From positions 1 to 42,384 of IMG/VR virus record IMGVR_UViG_3300038318_000271: DNA of 42,384 nucleotides, one strand, 5' to 3'. Both the position numbers and the translations under genes were made by a program. This DNA comes from a virus. Position 1 is the first letter of the stretch. Each line of letters starts with the position of its first letter. Shown here piece after piece: positions 40,515 to 42,384 of this stretch. Under the pieces are notes generated by a model. It had not been told where the DNA came from, did not search any database, and was given only the letters and a program-made list of their open reading frames with translations.

Positions 40515-40714
40515 GTTTCTGTGACTCCTATATACATGCATGTGGTTACAGAGTATATATATTTTTGTAAACTCTCACGCCTTTTGTATACCAAACACTA
40601 CTGTTTTGCGTGTTTTTAGTGAGGCGTGGAGGCAAAAACGCGCTTTTTGGTTTACTGGTGCACCGACAGTCTGCTCAAAAAACTATATATGTACACCGCG
40701 CAGAGTGAGAGTGC
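40515..40714. promoter_or_regulatory. Divergent promoter/operator region (candidate lysis-lysogeny switch)
   Basis: AT-rich with TATA-like boxes facing both ways (ctatatac, gtatatatattttt, ctatatatgtac). Imperfect inverted repeat gcgtgttttt...aaaaacgcgc. Confidence 0.5.
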
Positions 40715-40966
40715 ATGGGTGAGAATGAGCCATCCGTCCCGGTCCAGATCCGGTTCCCTCCGGAAGTGGTCCGCAGGATTGACATGAAAGTCGATTCTGG
40801 AGAGTTTTCTAGCCGTGCGGATTACGTGCGGTATGTAGTCATAAAGTCGTTTGAGGATGTGGATGAGGTGGACCACCTGAAGGTCGCACTCTATGATCTC
40901 CTGTCGAGCGGAGTAGCAGACGACATTCTAAAGGAGCAGATCAAGAAAATATATCGTGATATGTGA
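40715..40966 (+). CDS. CopG/RHH-family transcriptional regulator
   Basis: VQIRFPPEVVRRIDMKVDSGEFSSRADYVRYVV is a typical RHH N-terminal domain. Divergent from the early operon and adjacent to the integrase. Confidence 0.7.
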   Translation: MGENEPSVPVQIRFPPEVVRRIDMKVDSGEFSSRADYVRYVVIKSFEDVDEVDHLKVALYDLLSSGVADDILKEQIKKIYRDM

Positions 40967-41077
40967 CGATTCACTTTCGCAGTGCGCACAAGAAACAGTT
41001 TTATTGGGGGGGGTAATCCTCATACATGGACCACACTGATCTCTTCCTCTTCCTCCGCTCCGACGCGGCGCGAGACC

Positions 41078-42277
41078 TCATTCGTCAACGACTGTCCGAT
41101 CTTGGTTTAGTTTCCCCTCTGCCGCCTGCATCAGAGCATCCGCAACTTCCGGGTACTCCCTCAGCATTGCTGCAAGTAACATCTCGACAGTATACTTCGC
41201 GTCACGAGTGAACGGGCAGCCACATACATAACACGCGGGACTATTTGGCGCGTTGACGGTGTCACACTGCGGGCACTGGATCGGTTTAAGCTCTTCTTGA
41301 GTATCTTCGCGCTGACGAATCCCTGCGTGCTCCAGCACCGCTTTATCGATGGCCGCATCCGATACGTGCGCGTAGGTCGCGAGCATCGGGGATTTCAGGT
41401 TCCCCCAGGACTGCAGTTTAATCACCGACTCGCTGAGGCCCGTCTCGACCCAATGCGTGATCCGGCTATGTCGGAACAAGTAGGGGTGTATCTCCTTCTC
41501 GACCCCTGCCCGCTGCGCGGCCCGGTCGATGATCTTCCGCATCGCGCCCCGGGTGATCCGGGCAGGCGATCCCCGCGAGCGCAGGAACACCGGGGCGTCG
41601 CCAGTCGCGTCACCGGGATAGTCTGCCTGCCATGCCGCGAGGTATTGGGCCGACATGAGTAGGCGGATGTGGCGGCGCTTGCCTGTCTTGCCGTCGGTGA
41701 TCAGCTTCGCGCCGTAGCGGTCAAACTCGATCTGCCGCCAGTCAAGATCCGTCACCTCGATAGGCCGGAGAGCGCCCTCGTAGAGCACCGCGAGCATGGC
41801 CCGGTCCCGGGAGGTGCGGCACCCCTTGATGACCCGCTGCACCTCGTCGATGGTGAGCATCTGCGAGGGGGTCTTGGTGACCCATTCGGCGGCCGGAGCC
41901 TTCACGCGGCCGATCTTGGAGATATCAATATCGATGATGCCGCGCTCGTCGAGCCAGCCGATAAAAGTCTTGAGGTGCTGCAGGTACTTCCTCTCTGTGT
42001 TCGGGCGGAGGTGCAGCCGCCGGATCGTCGAGACTGCCTTCATAATATCGGATGTTGTGCACCGCTCGAACTCTGGCATGTGCCCCCGGAGCAGGGCGAT
42101 ATATGAGGCAGAGGTCCGGACAGTCTCATCAGAGGTGCCGCGCTGCGCCTGCCGCTCGTAGAGGTGGTCGAGGATGAGGTCGGCGTCTGATTTGGTGATA
42201 TGCCCATCGGCTATTTGCTTCGTGAGGTATGGCTCGGTATCGCTGCGTTCCATGCCTGAGAGTGGCCGCCATAGCAT
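41078..42277 (-). CDS. int: Tyrosine recombinase/integrase with C-terminal zinc ribbon extension
   Basis: Catalytic-domain motifs RPIEVTDL, HPYLFRHSRITHW (HxxR) and LATYAHV (Tyr). Followed by CPQCDTVNAPNSPACYVCGC. Confidence 0.9.
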   Translation of the reverse strand: MLWRPLSGMERSDTEPYLTKQIADGHITKSDADLILDHLYERQAQRGTSDETVRTSASYIALLRGHMPEFERCTTSDIMKAVSTIRRLHLRPNTERKYLQHLKTFIGWLDERGIIDIDISKIGRVKAPAAEWVTKTPSQMLTIDEVQRVIKGCRTSRDRAMLAVLYEGALRPIEVTDLDWRQIEFDRYGAKLITDGKTGKRRHIRLLMSAQYLAAWQADYPGDATGDAPVFLRSRGSPARITRGAMRKIIDRAAQRAGVEKEIHPYLFRHSRITHWVETGLSESVIKLQSWGNLKSPMLATYAHVSDAAIDKAVLEHAGIRQREDTQEELKPIQCPQCDTVNAPNSPACYVCGCPFTRDAKYTVEMLLAAMLREYPEVADALMQAAEGKLNQDRTVVDE

Positions 42278-42384
42278 AAAAAATTACTGTACTTGGAGTC
42301 TCCATACTCCATCAGACCATAGAGACAATTAGTGCTGTAGTCTCTCAAAAGAGGGTCATCAGGCGGGTCTAGCAGGACCAGGGC
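42224..42384. repeat. Terminal direct repeat (copy of 1..161)
   Basis: Exact repeat of the window start. Confidence 0.9.

Overview
This window appears to be a complete, circularly closed genome of a high-G+C, temperate, siphovirus-like tailed virus (Caudoviricetes). Bases 1-161 repeat exactly at 42224-42384, giving a unit length of about 42,223 bp. AT-rich TATA-like intergenic boxes, a DUF2080-like domain, many zinc-ribbon proteins, RHH regulators and oligo-T terminators suggest an archaeal (methanogen-like) host, but that is inference. Almost all genes lie on the minus strand in tightly coupled operons with ATGA/GTGA start-stop overlaps.

Modules, in order:
- Tyrosine integrase plus a divergent RHH switch (40.2-42.3 kb).
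- Early, recombination and replication genes (26-40 kb): RecT, an RNA/DNA ligase, a ParB-N6A methyltransferase, three PD-(D/E)xK nucleases, two DUF4406/deoxyribosyltransferase-like paralogs, a D5/P4-type helicase-primase and an iteron-rich putative origin.
- TerS and TerL.
- A 2-kb accessory island holding a tRNA-like gene, two membrane proteins and an HExxH protein.
- Head genes: portal, MuF-like, scaffold, decoration, major capsid.
- Connector genes.
- Tail genes: major tail protein, G/GT chaperone with a -1 frameshift, tape measure, Dit.
- A baseplate/fibre region.

Two things stand out:
1. A textbook diversity-generating retroelement (RT, 115-119 nt TR/VR pair with 22 adenine-specific mismatches) diversifies the C-terminal lectin-like tip of a tail protein.
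2. A cas-less cluster of CRISPR repeat mimics sits next to the integrase. It has one type I-C-like solitary repeat and two type I-E-like hairpin repeats separated by exactly 32 nt. It could be a hijacking mini-array or an RNA anti-CRISPR decoy.

Many long ORFs in the supplied track are off-frame or antisense artefacts of the high G+C content and were not called.
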